This document shows positions 11,106-26,024 of a stretch of DNA of 64,000 nt, piece by piece. The stretch is from Candidatus Bathyarchaeota archaeon. GTDB taxonomy: Archaea; Thermoproteota; Bathyarchaeia; Bathyarchaeales; DTEX01. The stretch covers positions 800,001 through 864,000 of the forward strand of contig CAVQNT010000002.1 of assembly GCA_963714275.1 (NCBI GenBank), read 5' to 3'. Below the pieces are notes generated by a model. It was not told where the DNA came from and searched no databases. It saw only the letters and a program-made list of their open reading frames with translations. Position numbers and translations under genes: made by a program. Position 1 is the first letter of the stretch. The number at the start of each line of letters is the position of its first letter.

Positions 11106-11663
11106 TTAATCTATGTGCGTTATATTTTTTGGTCCAGAATGTAGTTAATGATGTCGACACAGGACGCGGCGAGGTACGGTTTTTTACCGAGTGAGATCTT
11201 TGTTCCGAAACGCAAGGCAAACCTTTCGTCTTGCCTCGGCAGTCCCACTTGGTCGCCTAGAACAAAAACTGGGTTTTCTCCCAACTTGGTTTTGAGGATG
11301 TCTTCGCCGCTTTCTTCTAGGACGAAAACATTCTGTTTTGACTTCAGGACTTCTTGGAAGCTTCTCTCCGCACTCGATGCCTTGGTGAACGCCGCCCGAT
11401 AGCACCTTCCTCAGGATTTCTTCCCATGTTTTTTCGTCAGTTCGCACGTCCCTTAGGCTCGCACCGTCGAAAATTAGGTGAACGGGCGGGCGGGGTGGAC
11501 CGCCTAGAACGGCGTGAAAAACTACGTCTCGCCTCAATGCGCCTGAGGTGAAAAAGGCTGTTAGGAGGCACTGGTGGACAACGTCAAGCCTGCCTGCTTC
11601 TCTAAGGGTTCTGAAGTTTCCGTTGGTTCTTCCTCTTCGGGAGAAAAGAACAAACTCAATCAT
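11106..11663 (-). CDS. trmY: tRNA (pseudouridine-54-N1)-methyltransferase; frameshift near 11362
   Basis: AGRLDV, LRRDV, GPPRPP, DE motif; SPOUT C-terminus (FVLGDQVG, ISLGKKPYLAASC) in the alternate frame. Confidence 0.85.
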
Positions 11664-11721
11664 ACGCTACAGAATTCCTTTTTGGTAAATAAAAGAAATG
11701 GTACAGTATTTCAGATAACGA

Positions 11722-12207
11722 CTATTTCTCGGCTAGGACGCTGAACTTCCACTCTGGCGCCTTGAACCTGCATTCCTGCCCTGTTTCTGTTGTCTGGATT
11801 GGGATTTTTGTTCCCGAGATTATGTCCGTGGCTATATTTGAGGTGAAGAAGCCTTGTCGGAATTTTAGTTGAACGGTGTCCTGTTTTGGCGGGAAGAAGA
11901 CGAAGACTATTTTCTTTCCGTCTGACTCTCCACACTTGACGTAGACGAAGGATTCCTTGTCAGGTTTAGGCGAAACCACTTCCACTTCGGGCTTCCATCC
12001 AGCCTTACGTGTCGTGAGCTCAACGAATCTTTCGAAATCGGCTGTCCACTGCCTAAGATACGGGTCGCCAAAATATGTTCCGCACAGAACCATTCTGCCC
12101 TTGCCAACGGGAACCTCAGCAATCAAAGCGCCGTCGTTATTTTCCGCCAGTGCTTTGCCTTTGCCTTTTTGCCAAGGCGTCAGCCACTGGGTTACTCCGA
12201 GGTTCAT
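11722..12207 (-). CDS. Isolated C-terminal fragment resembling a GH42 beta-galactosidase trimerisation domain
   Basis: VGKGRMVLCGTYFG motif and beta-sandwich-like tail; no catalytic domain upstream. Confidence 0.45.
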   Translation of the reverse strand: MNLGVTQWLTPWQKGKGKALAENNDGALIAEVPVGKGRMVLCGTYFGDPYLRQWTADFERFVELTTRKAGWKPEVEVVSPKPDKESFVYVKCGESDGKKIVFVFFPPKQDTVQLKFRQGFFTSNIATDIISGTKIPIQTTETGQECRFKAPEWKFSVLAEK

Positions 12208-12337
12208 GCAATCACCCTTCCTGTAACTCAGTAACCTTCTTTTTCATAGGTTAACCCACCAATCCTATAAGCTTTCGCTGTTTAATGCTACCTTAATAGG
12301 TTGATATTGAAGAAAGGAAGACAGTTGAGGGAAATTA

Positions 12338-12864
12338 CTAATGCAACGCCCTAACAACCATTGTTTCGGAAATGATGTTAAACAGTCTCTGGTTTCTGTC
12401 TGAGTGGATCAGCCATCCGATTATGCAGTCAAGAGGCAGCAGGAAGGCTTTTCCTAGGCTTTCTATGGCTGCAGTTCCTACGTCTATGGGTTGACCGTTC
12501 AATCTTGTGACCTTCAGATGCATAGCCATCTTGCCTATTGATTGACCGAAGGTTCCGTCCATTATGGTCCAGTAAAAGAAGTAGATGACGTTGTCCAGCC
12601 CGAACTCTACGAAGGGCAGCCAATGGAATGGAAAAGGCAGAATTGGTAGTGAAAATCCTGACAACCCTAGAAGTGCCAAAAAGAGCTTTGTTGGAGCAAG
12701 GAAGATTCCCAGCAATATGATGTCTATCAGCCAAGCAACGAACCTTATTCCCCAACCAGCAGACACAAGCACTGGTCTAGAGGGTTCTCTGGTGGATGCA
12801 CCACAGTTTTGGCAGAAGACAGCACCCTCAGACAATTGACTCCACAGTTCTTACAAAATGGCAT
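12338..12864 (-). CDS. Zinc-ribbon + RDD family membrane protein; frameshift near 12840
   Basis: MPFCKNCG / FCQNCG; RFVAWLID, GQSIGK, NQRL. Confidence 0.85.
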
Positions 12865-12990
12865 AAACGTGAAACTTCCTTACAGCTTTGTCCAGTTCAG
12901 AAATCCGAGTGCCCGCTATATATTTGTTACCTTATCGTAAAAGTTAAAATAACGGTTCACGGTGAACTTTAGAGTGTTGTCTGCCCCATC

Positions 12991-14100
12991 TTGAGGAGGT
13001 ATCGTTGGTTGGACGTTGAGAAGCGTGTTGACTTGGTCTTGCGGAATACTGAGGAGGTTGTCACACGGGAAGAACTGAGGAACCTATTAGAGACCAAAAG
13101 GCGACTGAAAGCTTACTGGGGATTCGAATGCTCAGGTCTCATGCACGTAGGCATCGGTTTGATTCCCGGCGCCAAGATAAGGGACATGGTTGAAGCCGGG
13201 TTCGACTTCACGATTTTTCTGGCTGACTGGCACAGCTGGATAAACAACAAGCTCGGTGGAGTCATGGAAAACATTCGGGCTTCTGGAGAATATTTTAGAC
13301 ATTGTTTTGAGGCTTTAGGAATCGCGTCCGACAAAACCCGTATCGTTTGGGCAGCAGACATTGCCGAAAAAATTGAGTACTGGGAAAAAGTCGTCAGAAT
13401 CGCAAAATCGTCCTCGCTGCTCAGGACCAGAAGAGCCCTCACAATCATGGGTCGCGAAATGGACCTTTCAGACATAGAAACCGCCTGGGTCTTCTACCCT
13501 TGCATGCAGGCGGCAGATATTTTTCAGCTCGGTCTCGACGTGGCAGCGGGAGGCATGGACCAAAGAAAGGCGCACATGCTGGCTCGAGACGTGGCTGAGA
13601 AGCTGGGCTGGACGAAACCCGTGTGCGTGCACACGCCTTTGCTTTTGGGTTTGTTGAAGCCTGAGTTGAAGGAAACAGAGAAAGCGTTCGACGAGGACAC
13701 GGCTCTGAGCCAAAGGATAAGCTCAAAAATGTCCAAGAGCAAGCCTGAAAGCTGCATCTTCGTCCACGACACGCCTGAAGCCATCCGACAAAAAATGAGG
13801 GAAGCCTACTGCCCGCCGAAACAGGAAGAAGGAAACCCCGTCCTTGAGCACGCCCGCTACATAGTGTTCCCCCATCTTGGAGTCCTCAAGGTTCCACGGG
13901 CAAGCAAGTACGGAGGACCCTTAACCTTCGATAACTTCGAAACTTTGAAGCAAACTTACATGAAAGGCGAAGTGCACCCTCTGGACCTAAAAAACGGAGT
14001 CGCCGAGGCCTTAGTGGAGATACTAGAACCCGTCAGAGAACACTTCAAAAAGAACCCTGAACCCCTAGAAAAAATGAAAAAAATAACAATAACAAGATAA
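12991..14100 (+). CDS. tyrS: Tyrosyl-tRNA synthetase (archaeal type)
   Basis: YWGFECSGLMHVG, ADWHS, YPCMQAADI, GGMDQRKAH, KMSKS, HPLDLK. Confidence 0.95.
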   Translation: MRRYRWLDVEKRVDLVLRNTEEVVTREELRNLLETKRRLKAYWGFECSGLMHVGIGLIPGAKIRDMVEAGFDFTIFLADWHSWINNKLGGVMENIRASGEYFRHCFEALGIASDKTRIVWAADIAEKIEYWEKVVRIAKSSSLLRTRRALTIMGREMDLSDIETAWVFYPCMQAADIFQLGLDVAAGGMDQRKAHMLARDVAEKLGWTKPVCVHTPLLLGLLKPELKETEKAFDEDTALSQRISSKMSKSKPESCIFVHDTPEAIRQKMREAYCPPKQEEGNPVLEHARYIVFPHLGVLKVPRASKYGGPLTFDNFETLKQTYMKGEVHPLDLKNGVAEALVEILEPVREHFKKNPEPLEKMKKITITR

Positions 14101-14137
14101 ATCTAGGGAAACAAAAAATTTCTTAGTCAATGCAATA

Positions 14138-14302
14138 TGTTGTTCAAACAGCAAAATCGGATGATGAACAAAACAAACCAGATGAGAACATGCGTTTACA
14201 TCCCAAAACAACAGAGTAGGTGCGCCACAAAACAGACAGGTCTTTTTAGGTTGCGTTATGTCACACAAAATTGAAACTCAAATGTCACACAAATCAGACC
14301 AG
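14138..14302 (+). repeat. Dispersed intergenic repeat, copy 1
   Basis: 14202-14298 is near-identical to the reverse complement of 25878-25973; also shares the TTGTTCAA...TGAACAA module. Confidence 0.85.
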
Positions 14303-14381
14303 ACAGAAACGCAGGAAACCGAAGATCAGTTAATGGATGTATAAACAAAAACCAAACATATTAACACTGTAACCTGAATGA

Positions 14382-14835
14382 ATGACACGAAGACGCATGG
14401 GAGAGGAAAGACTGTGCAGAACTAGGTTTTGCGGCGACGACTGCGACGCGTGCCCAAGGTACATCGCAACCCAAAGCAACGACATGGAGCAACTAAAGAA
14501 ACTTGCGGTTCTATGGCACAAAGTTGGCTACCGAAACAAAATAGTGCCACCTGAAGAGCTAGCCTGCCAGAATGCCTCCCGCGGACACGGTGCGACAGAA
14601 TGTACGTACGGGAATGCGCTTTAAAGAAAGGCGCTGAAAACTGCGGAAAATGCGAAAACTACCCGTGCTGAAACGTGCAAACGGCATTCAAGCAAACAGC
14701 TTCTTTCGCAAAGAAATCAAACAAAAATGCTCCAAAGAAGAATACGGAATCCTCCAAAAAGAATCCTACCAGAAAAAGAAAAACCTAGACAAAGCCAACA
14801 AAGAATGGCTATCACCAAAAAAGAAACAAAAGTAA
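14382..14835 (+). CDS. DUF3795-like Cys-rich protein; frameshifted or decayed
   Basis: FCGDDCDACPRYIAT...W...EELAC; further CxxC motifs in other frames. Confidence 0.6.
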
Positions 14836-14963
14836 CGAGAAATTCCTTTTTCTAAAGAATAAAACTTAACAAAACCTTAGAAACACTATCGATAAAACCT
14901 TCCAAGAAATTCTGAAGCCAACACTAAAAAATCATCTAAAAAATAGTAAAAATTGAACTGAAG

Positions 14964-18126
<3,163 letters not shown>

Positions 18127-18273
18127 TGTTCATTGTGAGTGAGCTGACTATCGCCAGCTTCTCACTTTCACCCTTCGCTCCTCACCGTTGTTGATGAGGA
18201 GGTGCATCTTTTTTTGAGTGCTGTGCAAAACTTTTGAGTGCACGACTCTCGATATAGATCTTGCTGTGCTCGA

Positions 18274-18281
18274 ATATAAAC
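18274..18281 (-). promoter_or_regulatory. Putative TATA box of the stand-alone 23S transcription unit
   Basis: TTTATATT on the minus strand ~150 nt upstream of the processing stem. Confidence 0.55.
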
Positions 18282-18338
18282 TTAGTGAAGTTCCATTCTT
18301 GGCTTTCGTGAAGATTTCTTTTTTTCTTTTCTGGCTGT

Positions 18339-18596
18339 TTAGACAGTTTCCAGCTTGTATGTGACTTTTAGCCCTTTTAGGGTCTGGTGGACATTGTCGC
18401 TGAGCTGCAAGACGTCGTCTATGGTGACCTGTTTTTTCCAATCGTAAACGTGGTCGTAGTATCCCTTCATAGGCTCAAACCCCATCGCCCGCAATCTCTG
18501 AACAATTTCCGAGGGGGCTGCTCCTTCGCTATTGAACCAGATAGTCAGGTAAGTCTTCAAGTTCAAATCACCTTTGCACTGTTTTCGTTGAGTCAT
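18339..18596 (-). CDS. Small conserved-looking archaeal hypothetical protein
   Basis: KTYLTIWFNSEG..PSE...GF.P..G.YD..YDW; typical codon usage. Confidence 0.7.
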   Translation of the reverse strand: MTQRKQCKGDLNLKTYLTIWFNSEGAAPSEIVQRLRAMGFEPMKGYYDHVYDWKKQVTIDDVLQLSDNVHQTLKGLKVTYKLETV

Positions 18597-18759
18597 TTAT
18601 TTGTTGCCTGCTGGATATATTTTTTGAGCCTCTCTCGCATGAAAGAAATGAATTGAGGTTTATTTCACAACGTTAATATCTCTCGAAACATTAAATTTTT
18701 TTAGTAGTTCATGACCTCAGCAAATAAAATACAAAAAAAGATAAAGGCTGAGAACCCTT

Positions 18760-20399
18760 ATGTGGTCTAAATATCTCTCAAGGGACGCTTACAAGTTAAT
18801 TTTGGTTATACTAGTATCTTCTGTGTTGATTCTGGACTTCAGTCCAACTGTGAGGTTGGTTTCTGCTGCTCCTGCTGGGTCGTTTAATTACGAGTTTGTT
18901 GTCGACAGTGAGGGTTCTACAACCATCAACATCGTTTATACGACCAAAGAAACCAGCGGGTCATCGTGGATTCTTGTTCCAAAATTTTCGGATTGGGTGA
19001 ACAACACAATAAAAGGAGCCGTTACCAGATGGTTTCTGAATGATTCAGAAAATGTCGCAGAAGGCTCATTCTATTTTTATGAAGTCTTGTTTTTTTCGTT
19101 CATTTCTGACGGCGCTGAATTCGAGATGCAATTCCAGTACAATATGACTACTGCTGCAATAATTATTGAGCCAGACGGCATTTTCTATTCTCCTCAGATC
19201 GGATTCGAAAAAAGCAACAGCCTAGAAGCGACTGTTGATTTTCCTAGCGGCTTTAAAGTAAATGATGCCTTAGCCTTTGGGAACTCGAGTTCCTATAATC
19301 CAAGTCCACAAGCTCGACACATGTTGTTTTTGACGATATTCCTGAAACTGAAAATCTCCTGCGTATCGAGATAGGATTTAGCACGGCAAACAAAGAGCCT
19401 AAACTGTTGGAGATTACTGATGGGATTTTCACTTTTGAAACAGTTACAAGGTATACTGAGTATGCGCGTTCGATACTGAACCTTTACAACAGAACATACA
19501 ATGACCTTGTCGATTTGTTTAATGTCACCTTAGAAGAAGCTAACGTGCGATTCTTTATTCCAGACTTCGAGTCTTTACTTTCCATAGGCGGCTACGTCCC
19601 CTTCACTTCGAACAGGATGGGCGACATCAACATAAACTTCGTTTTCACTCGGTACGTTGAAGGATACATCGAAGTCATTGCGCTTCACGAATTGGTTCAT
19701 CAATTTCTTTGGAAAGCAGGCATCTCTCCTAAGGCTTTGCTGTGGTTTCATGAGGGCATGGCGCAGTATGTGAGCATGGAAATTGCGAACAAGATAGGCT
19801 ACGAAGGGTCCGGGACGATGATTAATGAAATGGAGACAGTGATTTCTCAACTCAAAATGACGGTGGGAGAAGACTTCGGGTTTCTTCAACAGTGGTCCAT
19901 GACGAGCCAACCTCAAGACGTAGGGTCCTATTATGCTGCTGCATACTATGTAGTTAAGTCACTGGCTGAAAATCATGGTGGATTGGCTTATTATGCTCAT
20001 TTCTTTAAACTGATGAACGGTGAAACCATAGCAAGCAACTCTGAGCTTGGTTATTTCTTAAGCCTCACGTCAGAAGAGTCGGTTGCAGAGTCACTGAACA
20101 GCTGGGGATTTAATGTTCCAGACCTTTACCTGTATTCGCCTCTGCTCGGAACCGTTAAAAGGGTTCTTAGCGAGGTCAATCCGCTTTATCAGCCATACAA
20201 GTATATTGCTGAACTTCTGTATGAACAGGCTTTATCGAACGCTAGACAGGACAGTGTCAGCGAAATGAACTTTTTCCTCACAGCAGCAATTTCCGTTGCG
20301 AAACTGGCGCCATTGTTAACCTTGATGACGGTTTCTGGAATTCTATTCATCATAATTCTGCTGGCTCTCAAAAACAAAGGCGTGTTCTGGAACTACTGA
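18760..20399 (+). CDS. Secreted, membrane-anchored zinc metallopeptidase (gluzincin/MA-like); frameshift near 19315
   Basis: Signal peptide, HELVH...WFHEGMAQY, C-terminal TM helix. Confidence 0.8.
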
Positions 20400-20996
20400 A
20401 GCCTAAAACTGCTGAAAATTTTTGGCTTATTGTTTTCCGCTTCCGTTCGGACTTTAAAATAAAGGTTGTTTCCGTGTGAATCCATGCAGACGATTAAGGG
20501 ACCGAACTTGTCAACCTCAAACGTCCAGACAGCTTCAGGCACTCCCAAGTCTAACCATTCAACATTCTTCACCTTTTTTATTAATCTAGAAGCTAAGACT
20601 GCCGCTCCGCCCGTGAATGCCCCATAAACTGCACCATGTTCCTTCATCGCCATAGATGTTTTTTCGCCCATCCCGCCCTTGCCGATAACTAAACGTACAC
20701 CAAAGTTCTTGATTACCTCATCCTCAAAGGCTTCCATCCGCATGCTCGTTGTTGGACCAGCAGCCAGCACCGTCCATTCGTTGTTGGTCCTTTTAACCAA
20801 AGGTCCACAATGATAAAGAGGTAACCCATCAAAAACCATAGGCAGACTTCCTTCCCTCATGCATGAATTGCATTATTCTCTTGTGAGCTGCATCACGCGC
20901 TGTCAACAAGGTTCCTGTAACGTAAACCACGTCTTCAACCTTTAATCTGCGGACATCTTCCTCCAGAATGGGCGTCTTAAGCTCAGTTTTTCCCAA
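20393..20996 (-). CDS. Fe-S hydro-lyase (fumarate/tartrate) beta subunit; frameshift
   Basis: TARDAAHKR, YHCGP, AGPTTSMRM, IGKGG, WLDLGVPEA, DSHGN. Confidence 0.9.
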
Positions 20997-21019
20997 CTAA
21001 ACCACTCTCAAGATATGGC

Positions 21020-21914
21020 TTAATAAAAATCTTTCAAAGGTTCATGCGTCAAGTATTCAACCTTTCCGTCTACGTGGATGATTGCTGTTGCTTTCCTAGC
21101 CGCCCAGCACTGAAACGCCACTGCAACAGGGTAAGAAGCGGGATGACGGTGTGCATACTCAACTTTTACAGCCAATGTTGTCGTGTCCCCGCCTAGACCC
21201 ATTGGTCCAATTCCTGTTTTGTTTACAGCCTCGTAAAGTTTATGTTCTAACTCAGCAACCTCTGTGTTTGGATTCAATTCATCTAACAGTTTCATGAGAG
21301 CCTGTTTTGCGAGATCCATCGCGATGTTTGCTCCGCCGCCTATTCCGACGCCTATGATTGTGGGCGGGCAAGGCATCCCTCCGGCTTTAATGACGCAGTC
21401 TACAACAAATTCTTTCAGTCCCCTTAAGCCATCAGATCGGTCTCATCATCTGCAATGTACACGTATTTTCTGAACCTCCTCCTTTGGGGAAGGCTGTTAT
21501 TTTGAGGGAGTTTCCTTTGACGATTTTCCAGTGAATGTACGGAACGTGGTTTCCAGTGTTGTCGTTTGGGTTCTCTTGAGTGAAAGGGTTCACGGTGTTC
21601 GGACGTAGAGGTATTTCTTTTGTTGCCCTTTGGACGGCTTTGAGGAGGATGCCCTCAACTTTTTCAAGGCTTTTGAACTTTGAACCAGCCTTCAAATAGA
21701 AAGATATTAATCCCGTGTCTTGGCAAATCGGCGTATTCGTTTTTTCAGCCATCTCGACGTTTTCCAGAATTGCCTTAAGTTGGATTTTTCCAATCTGGCT
21801 TCTTTCTTTTTCGTATGCGATTTTCAGGGCATTTTTAACGTCTTCTGGAAGACTTGTGACAGCTTGCCTCAGCAAGTTCACCGCAACGTCCATGACCATG
21901 GTTTCGAGGTTCAA
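21020..21914 (-). CDS. Fe-S hydro-lyase (fumarate/tartrate) alpha subunit; frameshift
   Basis: PICQDTG, PKGGGSEN, CPPTIIGVGIGG, GIGPMGLGG, QCWAAR. Confidence 0.9.
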
Positions 21915-22015
21915 GCGTCTTCTCCTCTGGAACAGAACAGTTTGGTGCCTAACTCTACTTTCTGCCTTCGTCTAATTTAAATATCTTCACGTTCTAGAAA
22001 TAAGCGGAGACGAAA

Positions 22016-23010
22016 ATGGGCGTCGAAGAAGCTCCTACCAAAAAAACGTACGGAAGCATAGACGAATTACCAGGCGTAGGTCCCTCAACCGCGAACAAGC
22101 TGACGTGAACTTGGGTTCAATACGGTTGAGTCTTTAGCCATGGCAACTGTGCGTGAGCTCGTTCATGCTGGCATAGGAGAACAGAAAGCCTTCGAGATTA
22201 TCAATGTTGCAAGGTCATCCAGCTCCTTGTCCTTCATAAGGGTTGACGAACTCGCGGAGAAAAGGCAAAGCGTCTCACGTTTGACGACTGGAAGCAAAAA
22301 GCTTGACGTCCTCCTAGGAAAAGGAGTTGAAACTCAGTCCATAACCGAATTTTACGGCGAATACGGGTCGGGAAAAAGCCAGATTGCCCATCAGTTATGC
22401 GTTAATGTTCAGCTGCCTCTTGAAAATGGAGGTTTAAACGGCGGCGCACTTTACGTCGACACTGAAAACACGTTCAGAACGGAACGTATCGCGCCGATGG
22501 CTCAGCACGTTGGCTTGGACGTCGATAAGGCTTTTAGAAACATTATATTGGCTGAGGCTTACACTTCGGACCATCAGATGTTTTTATTGGAGAACGCCGA
22601 CAAAATCATCAAAGAAAACAACATTCGGCTGATTGTCGTGGACTCTTTGACAGCGCATTTTAGAAGCGAGTACATCGGTAGAGAAAACCTCGCGGAAAGG
22701 CAGCAAAAACTCAACCAGCACATGCATAAACTCATTAAGCTCAGCTAGAGCCTTCAACGCGGTTGCATTGGTGACTAACCAGGTTATGGCGAGTCTAGAC
22801 GTCTTTCTTGATGAAGCCGTTCGACCAATCGGCGGTCACATCGTGGCGCATACAAGTCACACGCGCATCTTTCTACGCAAAGCCAAACGCGGACCTGTAA
22901 GAATTGCGCGGTTAGTGTCAAGCCCTTACCTTCCAGAGGGAGAATGCCTGTTCAAGATAACCGAAGACGGAATAGAAGATATAGAAGAAGATCAGCAGAG
23001 CGTGGAGTAA
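22016..23010 (+). CDS. radA: DNA repair and recombination protein RadA; two frameshifts
   Basis: ELPGVGP HhH, GEYGSGKSQ, DTENTFRTER, VDSLTAHFRSEY, PIGGHIVAH. Confidence 0.95.
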
Positions 23011-23011
23011 G

Positions 23012-23373
23012 ATGAGCGTTCCCTTGGCACATATGACCCGACTGTTTCAGCTCGTTACAGAAAGAAAGTTTGCCGAAGCTGAAAGAATTCTTGAACGGAT
23101 AACGGCTAAAATGAAGAATACTGGACAACAGGAATTCAACAGAGGCTACTTGGAAGCGTTAGGCGGAATAATCCTCACCTATCGTTCAAGTGGTGAGTCC
23201 TACGAGTTTTTAGCAACCTCAACCTGAATGATGTTGAAGCCTTGAAAAAGCATTATAAAGATTTTTTGGAGAATTCCCAGAGCCGTTTTCACGCTGATTA
23301 CGACAGGGGCTACTTTACTGCGTTGACTGATTACATGCGTGTGGTCCTGAAAACAGTCGAAGGGAAAAACTGA
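23012..23373 (+). CDS. Hypothetical protein downstream of radA; frameshift near 23214
   Basis: Internal repeat-like motifs FNRGYLEAL / YDRGYFTAL across two frames. Confidence 0.65.
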
Positions 23374-23380
23374 GGTTGAA

Positions 23381-23656
23381 CTAAACCGAAACTAGGCTTT
23401 GCTGTAAGGTGTACAGTAGAACCCAGACAAGAAGCCACGTGATGACGTATATTCCGACTCCTGTTTTGGTGACAACCGAGAGTTTCTCGACTTTTTCGAT
23501 AAACACTTGCCTTAAAACCCAGTCTGCGCTGAAATAAACCATAAGACATATTCCCACCGCAGATAGGATATTATTGACTCCCAAAACAAAGCATAATACG
23601 GCTGTGACAACGCCAAGCATAATCTTAATCGTGTAAATAAGGTTTAAAGTTTCCAA
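23381..23656 (-). CDS. Small 3-TM membrane protein, EMC6/Rab5ip-like
   Basis: Three hydrophobic helices; C-terminal GVGIYVITWLLVWVLLYTL pattern. Confidence 0.55.
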   Translation of the reverse strand: METLNLIYTIKIMLGVVTAVLCFVLGVNNILSAVGICLMVYFSADWVLRQVFIEKVEKLSVVTKTGVGIYVITWLLVWVLLYTLQQSLVSV

Positions 23657-23672
23657 TTAGTATCTACCTCAG

Positions 23673-25686
23673 GTGTGTGTGTTGAAGGAGGAGATGTATA
23701 GTTTCGACATAGCTGTGGTCACCATTGAACTTGACCGCATGGTTAGTGGACATAGAGTTGACAACATTTACCAATTAAATCCTAAAACCCTGCTATTAAA
23801 CCTTCACGGAAAAGAAGGCGCCCGCACCAACCTAATGATAGAGGCAGGCAGAAGAGTTCACGCGACTTCATATGATCTTGAGAAACCTTCGAAACCTGCG
23901 GGTTTCTGCATGTTGCTCCGAAAATACTTGCGGAACGGAGTGGTTGAAAAGGTTCAGCAATACATGTTTGAACGGATCGTGGGTATAACCGTCTCATGCA
24001 AAGGCGAACAGTACAACCTTATCGTTGAGGTTTTCGGCGAAGGAAACATTATCCTCGTAAGCCCACAAGGCAAGATACTTCATGCCCTAAGTTACCGAAG
24101 GATGAGAGACAGAAATGTCATCCGCAGCGAAGAATTCATATATCCTCCTCCCATTGGCGAGGACCCGAGGACCTTGAAGCGCGAAAACCTGAACTCACTG
24201 ATAGGTCGTGGGCAACTTGAAACTGTAAAAGCGATTGCTAGGTTTCTGGGCATAGGCGGTTTTTATGCAGAAGAGGTTCTTCTGCGTTCAGGAATACCAA
24301 AAGATAAACCGTGTGGGTCTCTCAGCGACAAAGAACTAGACGCAATATATGAGAGTCTGCAGGACTTCTTTCGAACACTTTTGATGGACAGCTGGAACCA
24401 TGCATCTTCGTAGACGAGCGTGGCAGTTGGGTTGATGTTGCTCCGTTTCATCTGAAAAAATATGAAGGCTCAAACCTTGTTAAGTTCACTAGTTTCAACG
24501 AAGCTTTGGACGAGTTCTATTCGAAAGCTTCTGTTGGAGCAAGAATACAAGATGTTAAAAACCTTGCTTCTCAGGAAACGTCTCGGTTTGAAAGGATTTT
24601 GCAGGAACAAGAAAAGGCTTTGCGTGAGTCTCAACAAAAGACTGAGGTTTACAGGAAGGTTGGCGACGCTGTTTACCTTCATTTGAACGATCTTCAAATT
24701 CTTCTACAAAGGATTATGAGGGAAAAACGGGAAGGCAAAGACTGGAAGCAAATATCTGAAACTTTAGAAAAGGAAAAAAGTGAAGCGCGAACGTCAGCTG
24801 TTTTTTTTGAAGCCTTGAATCCCGATACTTTAACAGTTCAGGTCTCTGTTGAAGGTCAGTCTTTTCAGCTTGGACCTTAAACTTTCAGCTCAGAAATGCG
24901 GGTCCGAATATTACGAGATGGCTAAGAAGGCTAAAAAGAAGGCTGCGGGAACAAAAAGTGCTATCGAAAAATTCCGTGAACAAATCGCCAAGGCGCAGCT
25001 TCAGGAAACTGAAAAGGTCGAAAAAGCTTCTGAGCCTGCCAACGGTTGCCAGAAAAAGAGAATGGTTCGAAAAGTTCCGTTGGTTCCGTTCCTCAGACGG
25101 GTTCCTCATAATTGGCGGTAGAGACGCAGCCACGAACGAGATAGTAGTCAAGAAACACACGGACCCCAACGACATTGTCTTTCACGCCGAGGTGCAAGGG
25201 GCGCCGTTTGTTGTGGTTAAAACCCAAGGCGTAACGCCTTCTGAACAAACAGTCAAAGAGACAGCTCAATTCGCAGCGTCCTATTCTCACGCTTGGAAGG
25301 GAGGCTTGGGCGCGGTTGACGTTTATTGGGTTCGACCTGAACAGGTAAGCAAGACTCCTCCTTCAGGCGAGTATCTGCCAAGGGGAGCCTTCATGATTTA
25401 CGGGACAAAAAACTATGTTAAAGGCGCAATAATGGAGGCTGTGGTCGGCTTGAAAAAGGAAGACCAAAATTTACGGATCATAGGCGGACCAACAGAAGCT
25501 ATCGCCCATCAAACTAAGATTTATGTTAAGCTGGTTCCCGGAAGAGAGCCCAGTGGCAACCTTGCTAAGCAGATACGAAAAAAATTTGTCGAGCTGTCTC
25601 CTGTGGACTCACGGAAAGAGGTTTTGCAGCTGCCTTTAGAGGAAATTCAAAGTTTCATTCCCGCAGGTGGAGGAACTGTAAAATAG
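23673..25686 (+). CDS. rqcH: Ribosome rescue protein aRqcH / NEMF (NFACT family); several frameshifts
   Basis: MYSFDI, FCMLLRKYL, ERIV, EVFGEGNIIL, WFEKFRWF, GGRDAATNE, KTPPSGEYL. Confidence 0.9.
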
Positions 25687-25809
25687 AAAATTTTTTACGA
25701 TTCTGTTTCCGTCTTTGCGCTGATTTCCTTATGTGAAGTGGTGCATCCACGGGTTTTTCGTGGTCCTGAAGAATTTTTCTTTTTATAAAATCATCGTGAT
25801 CATGTGCCC

Positions 25810-25973
25810 TGACTGGTCTGATTTGTTCAACAACCAGAATTGCTGTTTGAACAACAAACGCTGTTTACGGGAGGCTATCTGATTTGTGTGACATTCGAGT
25901 TTCAATTTTGTGTGACATAACGCAACCTAAAAGATCTGTCTATTTTGTGGCGCATCCGATCTGTTGTTTTGGG
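25810..25973 (-). repeat. Dispersed intergenic repeat, copy 2 (inverted, modules permuted)
   Basis: Reverse complement matches the 14138-14302 modules. Confidence 0.85.
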
Positions 25974-26024
25974 GCGCAAACATAGATTTTTTTTCTGGTG
26001 GTTGAGTGGGACTTCCAAATTTTC

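Noticed and set aside
14138-14302. CRISPR array
   Set aside because: Only two 12-bp direct repeats with a conserved 12-bp spacer; no cas genes.
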